64,000 nucleotides of DNA from Candidatus Brennerbacteria bacterium (GTDB taxonomy: Bacteria > Patescibacteriota > Minisyncoccia > UBA6257 > GWB1-50-10): positions 15,519 through 79,518 of the forward strand of contig JACPEK010000001.1 of assembly GCA_016183535.1 (NCBI GenBank). Direction: 5' to 3'. The notes under the pieces were generated by a model, which ran no database searches, was not told where the DNA came from, and saw nothing but the letters and a program-made list of their open reading frames with translations. Below, piece after piece: positions 1-9,478 of the stretch (position 1 is the stretch's first letter; each line of letters begins with the position of its first letter). The position numbers were made by a program, and so were the translations under genes.

Positions 1-1
1 C

Positions 2-262
2 TACGCGGCTTCGCGCGCCGGATATGGAAAATACAACGCGCCGTCACTTCTTCTTTGGGAGATCATCCGCCGCGCGCAAGCGCGGGGATACGCCACGCTT
101 GACCTCTGGGGCGCCTCGGCGACAAAAAAAGAATGGGCGGGCGTTACCGCATTCAAAAAAAGTTTCGGGGGCGCTTCCGTGAGATTTGTGGGAACGTGGG
201 ATTATATTTATCGCCCGTTTTGGTATGCGGCATACCGTTTTGCCACGGCAATAAGAAAATAG
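2..262 (+). CDS. FemABX-family peptidoglycan peptidyltransferase, C-terminal part (runs off window start)
   Basis: Frame-2 translation YAAS..APSLLLWEIIRRAQARGYATLDLWG..GVTAFKKSFGG..GTWDY matches the FemX C-terminus; TAG at 260-262; not in the ORF track. Confidence 0.8.
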   Translation, partial: YAASRAGYGKYNAPSLLLWEIIRRAQARGYATLDLWGASATKKEWAGVTAFKKSFGGASVRFVGTWDYIYRPFWYAAYRFATAIRK

Positions 263-277
263 GCGCGTCGGCGAGGA

Positions 278-1600
278 ATGAGGTATACTAGCATGGTGGA
301 AGGAAAGATTCTCAATGCGGGAACGCTTGCCACGACGCCGCTCCGTAGGGCGGCGCTTTCCATTGCCGAAGCGGGACTTTCCGCAATCGACACCAAAACC
401 GCTATACGAACATGGGTGCGCCTTGAAGACGATTTGCTTGTCGTTCGCGACCAACGTGTTCCACTTGATCCAGCTGGAAAATTTGTGGTAGTGACGATCG
501 GGAAATGTGCGCTCGCCGCCGCCCGCGTCCTCGAGGAAGTTTTTAGAGACAAGATAGATGACGGCGTGGTACTTGCTCCCCGTCCGCTCGGCGATTCAAA
601 AATAGGAAGTGGAAAATTGAAGATTTTCTTCGGCTCCCACCCTTTCCCTACACGGGCGAATATGGAGGGAACGCATGCGATCGTGGATTTTTTGAATGGA
701 CTCTCGGAGCGCGACACAGTACTCTTCGTCATTTCAGGAGGAGGCTCGACACTCCTTTGCGATCCCGCCCGCGATTCCTGCGAAGATGAAACGAACATGC
801 TCCGGCATTTTTTCGCCGCGGGCGTGGACATACGCGAGATTAACACACTACGAAAACATCTTTCTCGCGCGCGGGGGGGGTGGCTCGCGCGCGTCGCGTA
901 TCCCGCGCAAGTCGTCTCCTTGGTTTTCTCCGACGTGGCGGGGGACGACCTTGGTTCGATCGCGTCCGGGCCCACGGTGCGCGACACTACCTCGGTTACG
1001 GATGCGGAAACGATTCTCGAAAAATACAATCTTCCGAACCTTGTATTGACGGAAACCCCCAAGGAGGAAAAATATTTTGCGCGGGTCTTAAATACCCTCT
1101 TTCTCTCGAACGCCGATGCGCTCCAAGCCATGGCCGCGCGCGCGGAACGGGAAGGATTCACATCCCGCGTCGTGACGAGCGCGCTTGCCGGCGAGGCATC
1201 CGCCGCGGGAACGATGATTGCGGAAAAGATTCGCGCGGCGCATTCGGAAACCGCGCTTCTCTACGGGGGCGAAACGACGGTGACCCTCCTACAAACTCAC
1301 CGCGAGCAAGTTCGAGGAAGGGGAGGGAGAAATATGGAGCTCGCGCTCGCCGCGCTTCCCAATCTCAAGGAAGGAGAGTTGGTGCTCGCGCTCGCGTCCG
1401 ACGGGCGGGACAATTCGGATTTTGCGGGAGCGCTCTGTGATACCATAACTATGACGCGCGCGGAGGAGAAAGGAACCGATCCGCAAGCGCATCTCGCGGC
1501 TCACAATTCTTATCGTTTTTTTGAGCAAACAGGAGACGCGCTCCGCACCGGCGACACGGGTTCGAATGTGGCGGATCTTGTTGTCGCGCTTAAGGAATAA
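278..1600 (+). CDS. Glycerate 2-kinase (DUF4147/MOFRL, TtuD family)
   Basis: Motifs IGK, SGGGSTL, RKHLS..GG, SDV.GDD..IASGPT, GGETTV, GRGGRN, TGSNVAD; true start may be 293/296. Confidence 0.9.
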   Translation: MRYTSMVEGKILNAGTLATTPLRRAALSIAEAGLSAIDTKTAIRTWVRLEDDLLVVRDQRVPLDPAGKFVVVTIGKCALAAARVLEEVFRDKIDDGVVLAPRPLGDSKIGSGKLKIFFGSHPFPTRANMEGTHAIVDFLNGLSERDTVLFVISGGGSTLLCDPARDSCEDETNMLRHFFAAGVDIREINTLRKHLSRARGGWLARVAYPAQVVSLVFSDVAGDDLGSIASGPTVRDTTSVTDAETILEKYNLPNLVLTETPKEEKYFARVLNTLFLSNADALQAMAARAEREGFTSRVVTSALAGEASAAGTMIAEKIRAAHSETALLYGGETTVTLLQTHREQVRGRGGRNMELALAALPNLKEGELVLALASDGRDNSDFAGALCDTITMTRAEEKGTDPQAHLAAHNSYRFFEQTGDALRTGDTGSNVADLVVALKE

Positions 1601-1623
1601 TCAATAGTTAATGATTATTTATC

Positions 1624-4077
1624 ATGATGTCTAAACGAACCGCACTCGCCATTCCGTTCAAAGAGCTTTCGCTCAAAGATGTGCCGCTCGTGGGAGGGAA
1701 GAACGCCGCGCTTGGCGAGATGTTGGGTGCGCTTGTGAAACGGGGAGTGAATGTTCCCGATGGTTTTGCAACGACTGCGCACGCATATCGCATATTTCTC
1801 AAGCGCGCGAAACTTGACCGCGAGATACCGCACATCCTCGAAGGACTCGACACGAAGAATCTCGCCGATCTTGCCCGTCGCGGACGGGCGGTGCGCGAGG
1901 CGATCCTTGCCGCGGAGCTTCCGGTGGAGCTCGTTCGCGCCATACGCGACGGTTATCGAAAACTTGAACGGAAGTATGGCGGAGAAACGGACGTGGCGGT
2001 ACGTTCGTCCGCGACCGCCGAGGATCTCCCCGGGGCGTCATTCGCCGGCCAGCAAGAAACATATCTCAACATACGCGGCGCGGAACGCATCGCGGAAGCG
2101 ACAAAAAAGTGTATCGCGTCGCTTTTCACCGACCGGGCTATTTCTTATAGAGTCGATAAAAAATTTTCCCATTTCGATGCGGCGCTCTCGGTCGGCATTC
2201 AGAAAATGGTGCGCTCCGATCTCGCGTCATCCGGCGTTATTTTTACCATCGATACCGAGACGGGTTTCGAGGATGCCGTGATAGTGACGGGATCGTGGGG
2301 GTTGGGAGAGATGGTGGTGCAGGGGAAAGTGGTACCCGATGAATTTACGGTATGGAAGCCGGGTCTCGCCAGAAATTTGAGGGCGGTTATCGGGCGGAAT
2401 CTTGGAGGAAAAAACGTGAAGTTGGTGTACGCTTCTTCAAAATCGCGGGGAATGGGTGGTACGCGCACCGTGCCGGTGTCTTCCCGCGATCGGGAGCGTT
2501 TCTGTCTCACGGAGACGGAGACGCTTACGCTCGCGCGATGGGCCGTAACCATTGAGGAACATTTCTCAAAGCTCCATAAGCGGAAACAGCCGATGGACAT
2601 TGAATGGGCGAAGGACGGAAAAACGAAAGAGCTTTTTATCGTCCAGGCGCGGCCCGAAACCGTGCGCTCGCTCGAAGGAAAACGCGTCTACCGTGAATAC
2701 CGTATGGAGGGAAAGGGGAAATTGTTAACGAAAGGTATTGCGGTGGGCACAAAGATCGGCGCGGGGAAGGCGCGTGTCCTCGCGAGCGCGAAAAAGATCA
2801 CTGCGTTCAAACCGGGTGAGGTACTCGTGACGTCCATCACCGATCCCGATTGGGAACCCATCATGAAAATAGCTTCCGCGATCGTGACGGATAAGGGCGG
2901 TCGCACTTCGCATGCCGCGATCGTTTCGAGGGAGCTCGGCATTCCGTGCGTTGTGGGAACAGAAAACGCGACCAGCACGCTGAAGACGGGACAGATGGTA
3001 ACGGTGGACTGTTCTTCGGGCGACGAGGGAAGGGTGTATGCCGGGAAGATTCCGTTTGCGGTGAAGGAGCACCATCTTGCGAGGATTCGGAAACCAAAGG
3101 TGAACGTGGCAGTCAATATCGGCACGCCTGACGAGGCGTTCAAATATCACTACCTGCCGGTCCACGGCGTGGGACTCGGGCGTCTCGAATTTATCATTGC
3201 GTCGCATATCGGTATCCATCCGTTGGCGCTTCTCGAATATCCAAAACTGGCGCGGGAAGCAAAACGCGATCCCGTGGTGCGGAAACTTGTGGCGAAGATC
3301 GCCGCGGCGACGCCCGGGTATCGGAATAAATCCGAGTTCTACGTGGACGAGCTTGCGGAAGGCGTCGCGAAGATCGCCGCGGCGTTCTGGCCTCATGAAG
3401 TCATCATCCGGTTCTCGGATTTTAAAACAAATGAATACCGCGCGCTCACGGGTGGTGACCGTTACGAACCCGCGGAGGAAAATCCAATGCTCGGGTGGCG
3501 CGGCGCATCGCGTTACTACCATCCCGCATTCGAGCGGGCGTTCGGGCTCGAGGTGAAAGCGCTCCGGCGGGTCCGCGAGAAATTCGGACTCACGAACGTG
3601 GTACCGATGGTGCCGTTTTGCCGCACGCCGGAGGAGGGAAGACGCGTCCTCGCCGCAATGGCGAAATATGGGTTGAAGCGAGGGAAGACAACTCCTCGAC
3701 TCGGGAAGTCTCGGGATGACATAAATCCATTAAAGATTTATGTCATGTGCGAAATACCCTCAAATGTGCTCCGCGCGGGCGAATTCCTCGATATCTTCGA
3801 CGGGATGTCCATTGGTTCAAACGATCTTACCCAGCTTATCTTGGGTCTCGATCGCGATGCGGGCGCCTTGGCGCATATCGGAAATGAAAAAGACGGTGCG
3901 GTGAAAAAAATGATCGCGGAGATTATCGCGGAGTGCCGGAAGCGGAAGAAATATATTGGTATTTGCGGCCAAGCGCCGTCCGACTATCCCGACTTCGCTA
4001 TATTTCTCGCGAAGCAAAAAATAGGGAGTATTTCTTTGAATCCGGATGCGGTAATGCCGTTTCTTATGAGAAAATGA
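1624..4077 (+). CDS. ppsA: Phosphoenolpyruvate synthase
   Basis: VGGKNA, VAVRSSATAED, GGRTSHAAIVSRE phospho-His motif, ENPMLGWRG, SIGSNDLTQ. Confidence 0.97.
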   Translation: MMSKRTALAIPFKELSLKDVPLVGGKNAALGEMLGALVKRGVNVPDGFATTAHAYRIFLKRAKLDREIPHILEGLDTKNLADLARRGRAVREAILAAELPVELVRAIRDGYRKLERKYGGETDVAVRSSATAEDLPGASFAGQQETYLNIRGAERIAEATKKCIASLFTDRAISYRVDKKFSHFDAALSVGIQKMVRSDLASSGVIFTIDTETGFEDAVIVTGSWGLGEMVVQGKVVPDEFTVWKPGLARNLRAVIGRNLGGKNVKLVYASSKSRGMGGTRTVPVSSRDRERFCLTETETLTLARWAVTIEEHFSKLHKRKQPMDIEWAKDGKTKELFIVQARPETVRSLEGKRVYREYRMEGKGKLLTKGIAVGTKIGAGKARVLASAKKITAFKPGEVLVTSITDPDWEPIMKIASAIVTDKGGRTSHAAIVSRELGIPCVVGTENATSTLKTGQMVTVDCSSGDEGRVYAGKIPFAVKEHHLARIRKPKVNVAVNIGTPDEAFKYHYLPVHGVGLGRLEFIIASHIGIHPLALLEYPKLAREAKRDPVVRKLVAKIAAATPGYRNKSEFYVDELAEGVAKIAAAFWPHEVIIRFSDFKTNEYRALTGGDRYEPAEENPMLGWRGASRYYHPAFERAFGLEVKALRRVREKFGLTNVVPMVPFCRTPEEGRRVLAAMAKYGLKRGKTTPRLGKSRDDINPLKIYVMCEIPSNVLRAGEFLDIFDGMSIGSNDLTQLILGLDRDAGALAHIGNEKDGAVKKMIAEIIAECRKRKKYIGICGQAPSDYPDFAIFLAKQKIGSISLNPDAVMPFLMRK

Positions 4078-5087
4078 CCAAAGTCGCTTTTTTCGAGATT
4101 GAGGATTGGGAAGAGGCGCAGGTGCGCGCGGCACTTCCGGACGCCGAGCTTTTTTTCTATCGCCGCAAACTCGATGAAACGACGCCGCCGCCACGTCTCG
4201 ATTTCGATGCGGCGGTGATTTTCATTGATTCGCGGATCACCCTGAAAACACTTGACGGATTCGCAAACCTGCGTTTCATCGCAACGCGTTCGACCGGCTA
4301 CGACCATATTGATCTCGCCGCGTGCCGCGCGCGGAATGTCGCGGTTTCCTACGTCCCCGGCTACGGCGACCATACCGTCGCCGAGTTTGCCTTCGGGCTC
4401 ATTTTGAACCTTACGAGAAAAATTTATTGTGCCATTGACCAAATAAAGGAGACCGGGACGTTCTCACTCGACGGACTCCGTGGCGCAGATCTGAAAGGAA
4501 AGACGATTGGAATTGTGGGTACTGGCCGCATCGGACGGGAAATGGTGAAAATTGCGAAAGGGTTCGGTATGAATGTGCTCGCGTTTGACCAGTATCCGAA
4601 CGAGACATTTTCCTCCACGCAGGGATTCTCGTATGCAACGTTCGAATATCTGCTCCGTCACTCCGACATTGTTTCATTGCATTGCCCGCTCACGCCGCAG
4701 ACGCGGCATCTTGTGAATAGCGGCAACATCAAATTCTTTAAACGCGGCGCGTATCTCATAAACACCGCACGCGGGGGTCTCGTCGAAACGGAAGCGCTCG
4801 TGAGGGCGCTCCAAGAAGGCGTGCTCGCGGGCGCCGGTCTCGATGTGATCGAAGAAGAAGGGGAGACAAAGGATGAACTCGGATTTCTCACGAAAGAGCC
4901 GCGCCCGAATCGTGAGGATATGAAAACGATGCTTGAGAATCACATCCTCATGCGGATGCCGAACGCGCTCGTCACACCGCACCTCGCGTTCAACTCACAG
5001 GAGGCGCTCGAGCGCATTCTCTCAACCACCATCGAAAATCTCAAAGGATTCATATCCGGTCGCCCCGTGAATCTCGTGTCGCAATAA
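4074..5087 (+). CDS. D-isomer-specific 2-hydroxyacid dehydrogenase (D-lactate or glycerate dehydrogenase-like)
   Basis: RSTGYDHID, GTGRIG, SLHCPLT, INTARG, LDV.E.E, TPHLAF; ATG 4074 overlaps ppsA stop (ATGA). Confidence 0.9.
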   Translation: MTKVAFFEIEDWEEAQVRAALPDAELFFYRRKLDETTPPPRLDFDAAVIFIDSRITLKTLDGFANLRFIATRSTGYDHIDLAACRARNVAVSYVPGYGDHTVAEFAFGLILNLTRKIYCAIDQIKETGTFSLDGLRGADLKGKTIGIVGTGRIGREMVKIAKGFGMNVLAFDQYPNETFSSTQGFSYATFEYLLRHSDIVSLHCPLTPQTRHLVNSGNIKFFKRGAYLINTARGGLVETEALVRALQEGVLAGAGLDVIEEEGETKDELGFLTKEPRPNREDMKTMLENHILMRMPNALVTPHLAFNSQEALERILSTTIENLKGFISGRPVNLVSQ

Positions 5088-5104
5088 GACGCATTTGCGC
5101 CGCC

Positions 5105-6304
5105 ATGAAGATTCTTGATATTCGGATTCGCGAGAGAGAGGATTCGCGAGGGGCCCCCACCATTGTGGTTTTTGTAACGACGAAGGGGGGAGCGGGGGAA
5201 GCGTCGATCCCGTCCGGAAAAAGCACTGGTATGCGCGAAGCAAAAACGCTTGCGCCGAAAGATGCGGTGAACGCGGGCGCGCAAATTGCCGCCGCGCTCG
5301 CCGGACATGATTTTTCGAACAATCGCGCACTCGATAAAACCCTTATCGCGCTTGATGGCACGCCGCTTAAGAAAAACCTTGGCGGGAACGTCATGCTCGG
5401 GGTCTCTCTTGCGTTTGCGCGCGTTCGTGCCGCGGCAGAAGGGAAAGCATTATGGGAAATACTCCGCGCGGAATATTTTCCGGATCTCGCCGCGACGCCG
5501 ATCCCGCGAATTTTCGCCAATCTCGTGAACGGCGGCGTGCACGCGAAGAGTAATCTCTCTCTCCAGGAATATCTGGTAGTCGCGAAGCCGTATCTTTCCG
5601 TATCCGATGTCATTGCCGGACTCAAGAAACTCTATGCGATATTGGGAAAAATGCTCGCGGAGAAATTCCCATCCGCTTCCGTCGGCATCGGCGACGAGGG
5701 AGGATATGTGGCCGATTTTCGCGACGATCGGGAGCCGCTTGAGATACTCACCAAGCTTCTACGGGTATCACATTCCGACGATTCTTGGTTTTTGGGACTT
5801 GATGCGGCCGCTTCAACGTTCTTCAAGAACGGTTCGTACCGGCTCGGGAACGAAACACTTACAGCCGCGGAACTCGCCACGCGTTATGCTTCCTATGCAA
5901 AAACCGTTCCGCTCCTCAAAACGATCGAGGATCCGTTTGCGGAAGATTCTCTGGATGATTTCGCCGCGTTTCAGAAAGCTCATCCGGAGCTTCGTCTCAT
6001 TGGGGACGACCTTACCGTGTCGAACGCGGCGGCAATCACCGCCGCCACGGCGCGCGGCGCGATCAAGGGTGTTATCGTGAAACCGAATCAGGCCGGCACC
6101 GTAACCGAAACGTGCGATGCAATCACCGCCGCCACGGCGCACGGCCTCGACGTTATCGTGTCGCACCGATCGGGAGAAACGCCCGATCCGTTCCTGGTAC
6201 ACTTCGCAAAGGCGGGGAACGTTTACGGCGTGAAGATCGGCGCACCGATTGCGCACCGCCTCCCGCGGTACGAGGAACTTGTCAGAATTTATGATACGTG
6301 TTAA
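5105..6304 (+). CDS. eno: Enolase (divergent, short)
   Basis: DSRG.PT, PSGKSTG..EA, NGG.HA, GDEGG, IEDPF, GDDL, KPNQ.GT, SHRSGET motifs. Confidence 0.9.
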   Translation: MKILDIRIREREDSRGAPTIVVFVTTKGGAGEASIPSGKSTGMREAKTLAPKDAVNAGAQIAAALAGHDFSNNRALDKTLIALDGTPLKKNLGGNVMLGVSLAFARVRAAAEGKALWEILRAEYFPDLAATPIPRIFANLVNGGVHAKSNLSLQEYLVVAKPYLSVSDVIAGLKKLYAILGKMLAEKFPSASVGIGDEGGYVADFRDDREPLEILTKLLRVSHSDDSWFLGLDAAASTFFKNGSYRLGNETLTAAELATRYASYAKTVPLLKTIEDPFAEDSLDDFAAFQKAHPELRLIGDDLTVSNAAAITAATARGAIKGVIVKPNQAGTVTETCDAITAATAHGLDVIVSHRSGETPDPFLVHFAKAGNVYGVKIGAPIAHRLPRYEELVRIYDTC

Positions 6305-6313
6305 AACAAAACC

Positions 6314-6625
6314 ATGGCAAATCTCCCGAAAAGCCCCGAAGAACTTTTGGAAATTATCAAAACACCGCTCGACCTTTTCGATCGAGTTGGCATCAAGATC
6401 AACGTCGGTTCTGCAATCTCGGACATCGCGAACCGACTGCCAAACGATGCCACTGGTGGCGTACTCCCGTGGCTTCAAGGGTTCTTTGATCAGGCGCAGA
6501 ATATTACAAATGGGGGAGATGTTCTGGTGTTACTTTGGGACCTGGTGAAAGAACTTATGGGAGTTATCGTAGGTCTTCTTGGCACGTTTGTTGATTTACT
6601 TCGTTCGCTCATTGAAAAGCTATAA
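6314..6625 (+). CDS. Hypothetical small protein with hydrophobic C-terminal helix
   Basis: 103-aa ORF 9 bp after eno, same strand. Confidence 0.65.
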   Translation: MANLPKSPEELLEIIKTPLDLFDRVGIKINVGSAISDIANRLPNDATGGVLPWLQGFFDQAQNITNGGDVLVLLWDLVKELMGVIVGLLGTFVDLLRSLIEKL

Positions 6626-6880
6626 AATTAACTTCAGTGATCATTCCCGCTGGAGTTTTTTGTTTACGGCTCCCTATCTTTATCTTTCCAGAATAGATAA
6701 TAGGAACCCCGTATTATCTGTCGGGAAAGGTATATTGTGCGACATATATGGTCAGAAAATAACCTGTCTCCCCCCACACAAAATACAACGGACTTTTCTA
6801 CTGCCACACCACAAAAACCTTTCTGGAAGCGTTTTAGGGGGTGTTCCGGAGACATAAAAACAGGTATCATTGGATGGCAT

Positions 6881-7648
6881 ATGTTTTATAAAACAGTTGA
6901 AGAATTCAAAGAGTTTTCCGGATATGAAATAGATGGAATATGGTACCCGCGCGTCACCAAAATCGTTGAAATAAAGGCGAAACCGGCCCTCTATCGCTTC
7001 TACGGCCGGATGGGCAGTTTTGCCGAGGGCGAGCGAGTGAAGAAAAATTCGGCGACGGAAGGCACTTTAATCCATGAAACAGTAGAAAAAATCCTCACAG
7101 GCGAAAAACCGCCCATTCCCCCGTCGGTCGAACCCTCAATAAGGGCATTTTTGGAATTTCTCGTCAAAAATAACATCCACGTGGATTCTTCGTATGTGGA
7201 ACATCGCCTCATAAACCACGAACACCGCTACGCCGGCACGCTGGACGCGATCGCCATGATCGGCGGCAAACTTGGCATTCTCGACATTAAAACCTCTCAG
7301 GAAATCTACCGGGATTACAATCTTCAGACCTCGGCGTATCTTGCCGCGATGAAAGACGAGGTAAGAGGTTTGGAAACGCGGTGGATTTTGCGCATCGATC
7401 AGAGCCGGCAGTGCGTTCATTGCGGCGCCATCCTCCGCTCGAAAGGCGGCCGCGACCAAATCAAAACGGTATGGGGAAATCCGTTCATGCAGGCGTGCAA
7501 TCACGAATGGGGTCCCATGGAGGGTCGTATCGAGCTCAAGGAATTCCCCTACTGGCACGATGACTTCGCCGCGTTCCTCGGTGCGAAGAAACTGTGGGAG
7601 TGGGAGAACGACGATTGGCTTGTTCAGGCGGGATATCTTCGGAAATAA
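6881..7648 (+). CDS. PD-(D/E)XK nuclease-family protein with CxxC...CxH motif
   Basis: PRVT.I, EGTLIHE, VEH, YAGTLD..DIKTS..QTSAY; ATG at 6881 preferred. Confidence 0.8.
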   Translation: MFYKTVEEFKEFSGYEIDGIWYPRVTKIVEIKAKPALYRFYGRMGSFAEGERVKKNSATEGTLIHETVEKILTGEKPPIPPSVEPSIRAFLEFLVKNNIHVDSSYVEHRLINHEHRYAGTLDAIAMIGGKLGILDIKTSQEIYRDYNLQTSAYLAAMKDEVRGLETRWILRIDQSRQCVHCGAILRSKGGRDQIKTVWGNPFMQACNHEWGPMEGRIELKEFPYWHDDFAAFLGAKKLWEWENDDWLVQAGYLRK

Positions 7649-7717
7649 AAAACGCGCGGGAGCGCGATGGTGATACACCATGAACGCGAGGTTCCTCCCG
7701 ACCAACTTGAGGAACCT

Positions 7718-7879
7718 CTGTTGGTTTTACCGTGTAGCGAGGAAACGTGGGTCGCTTTCTGCGTGTGGTTAACTATAGCGGGGTCCCCAGCGGTCGTCCA
7801 CAGACGAGCGCAATTCGGACTCCTTAGTTAAAGAAATATAAACTCAGAAACGCCGACACTCCCCCAAAGTAAAACCGCC
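7718..7879 (-). ncRNA. ssrS: Probable 6S RNA
   Basis: Minus strand folds as a long rod (GGUUUUAC/GUAAAACC, CGUUUCUG/CAGAAAGCG, GGAGUCC/GGACCCC, UCGUC-UGUG-GACGA) with U-rich central region CUGAG-UUU-AUAUUUC resembling E. coli 6S CUGAG-CCG-AUAUUUC; TTGACT-17-GATGAT upstream; ends approximate. Confidence 0.6.
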
Positions 7880-7948
7880 ATCATCATCCTCCGAAATTTC
7901 GAAAAAGTCAATCGTTTTGGTGCAAAGAAGGTGCACAAGCCGAATTTT

Positions 7949-8998
7949 TTAGTGGAAAACGTCTTCAAAAAAATTGCCGTGGTAAAAATATTCTTCAGCG
8001 CGTCTCACGATTTTCCTCATGGTGAGGACTGATTTCACGGGGTGTTCCCCCGCGGCCGTTTCGTCGGAGAGCATGACGGCGTCCGCGCCGTCGAACACGG
8101 CGTTCGCGATATCCGACACCTCCGCCCGCGTGGGGGTTGGGTGGTTGATCATGGACGAGAGCATTTGGGTCGCGATAATCGCGGGTTTTCCGTGCCAATG
8201 CGCGTGCCGCACAAGATCTTTCTGGATCAAGGGCACTTCTTCGAACGGGAGTTCGATGCCGAGATCGCCCCTCGCGACCATGATGCCGTCCGCGGCTCGT
8301 ATGATCTCGTCTATGGATTGAAGCGCGAACGCGCGCTCGATTTTGGCGATGATTTTGACGGATCGTTTTCCGACGATGCGGCGAAGTTTTTCTACGTCCT
8401 CAGCGGACTGTACGAAAGAAAGCGCGACGTAGTCCACCCCCTCGCGGAGGGCGAATTTTACGTCTCGCACATCTTTCGGCGTGAGGCCGCCCCGCTTCAG
8501 CTTGGTTTGAGGCACGTTAATCCCCTTGTGCGGGAGGAGAATGCCGCCACGGAGAACTTTCGCCGCAATGCGTTTCCCGCTCACTTTTGTAACAAGGAGT
8601 TCCATCGCCGCGTTCGCGAGATAGAACGGATCGCCCTTCTTGATGTCAGCGTGAAGATATGGATCGTCGATCGGAATAACCTCCGGAAACTTTATCTTCG
8701 CGCCATTGTGGAACGCGAAGACATACGTTTTTCCTTCTTCGAGCTCAATCCCCTTCTCCGGAAGGTTTCCCACGCGGATGCGCGGCCCTTGGAGATCTTG
8801 CATGATTGGCACGTTCTTCTTCAAGCGCCGCGCGGCTTTTTCAATAAGAGCTTTTCGTTTCCGGTATTCTCCGTGCGTGCAATGCGAGAAATTTGAACGC
8901 ACGATGTCGGTGCCGTGGTGGATGAGCGCCTCAATGGCTTCTTCGGACTCCGATCGGGGTCCTACGCTCGCGATGATTTTGGTGTGAGTCGATTTCAT
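7949..8998 (-). CDS. pyk: Pyruvate kinase (lacks C-terminal domain)
   Basis: TKIIASVGP, RSNFSH, DLQGPRIR, KIE, DGIMVARGDLG, ATQML.SM, DAVMLS.ETA. Confidence 0.95.
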   Translation of the reverse strand: MKSTHTKIIASVGPRSESEEAIEALIHHGTDIVRSNFSHCTHGEYRKRKALIEKAARRLKKNVPIMQDLQGPRIRVGNLPEKGIELEEGKTYVFAFHNGAKIKFPEVIPIDDPYLHADIKKGDPFYLANAAMELLVTKVSGKRIAAKVLRGGILLPHKGINVPQTKLKRGGLTPKDVRDVKFALREGVDYVALSFVQSAEDVEKLRRIVGKRSVKIIAKIERAFALQSIDEIIRAADGIMVARGDLGIELPFEEVPLIQKDLVRHAHWHGKPAIIATQMLSSMINHPTPTRAEVSDIANAVFDGADAVMLSDETAAGEHPVKSVLTMRKIVRRAEEYFYHGNFFEDVFH

Positions 8999-9129
8999 GT
9001 GGAAAGCGTGTGAGATGGGCGCAACGGAAAGGAATAATATCAGAACCAGGCGCCTGTTTCAATTAGTTGACGGACTGTTTCTCTGTTGGTACCATGGGAA
9101 CCGGCATTCTTAACAAATACGAGGTTTCA

Positions 9130-9387
9130 ATGAAGCTGCCGGACAGGCCGGTCACCGAAAGAGAATTGCAACGCCTCATCGACTCGTACATCGCGGACGA
9201 GTGCGAGAGGAACGGGAGTCTGACCCATAAAAAATGCGGGAGTCAGATTCAAACCGGATTCGTTAAAATTTGCGTTAACGGATCCGAGACCACCAGAAAA
9301 GTTCCTTATTGCAAAAACTGCGAAAAGGAACTAAGAATCGGATTCAATTCCGTTTTTTCGGAAAAGATCATTATAGAACAGAACTGA
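9130..9387 (+). CDS. Hypothetical small protein with HxxC/CxxC (possible zinc ribbon)
   Basis: GAGG RBS before ATG 9130; HKKC..YCKNCE; followed by terminator. Confidence 0.55.
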   Translation: MKLPDRPVTERELQRLIDSYIADECERNGSLTHKKCGSQIQTGFVKICVNGSETTRKVPYCKNCEKELRIGFNSVFSEKIIIEQN

Positions 9388-9420
9388 ATCCACAGCTTCA
9401 AAAAATTTAATCAACCACGA

Positions 9421-9448
9421 AAAACCGGACCACTCGCGTCCGGTTTTT
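9421..9448. terminator. Bidirectional intrinsic terminator
   Basis: aaaaccggac-cactcgc-gtccggtttt between convergent genes. Confidence 0.75.
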
Positions 9449-9478
9449 ATTTTCATTTACTGATTCGGTTTCTAATCC

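Noticed and set aside
6032-6140. 22-bp direct repeat (AITAATA twice) inside enolase
   Set aside because: In-frame local duplication in Ala-rich helices; no sign of mobility or function
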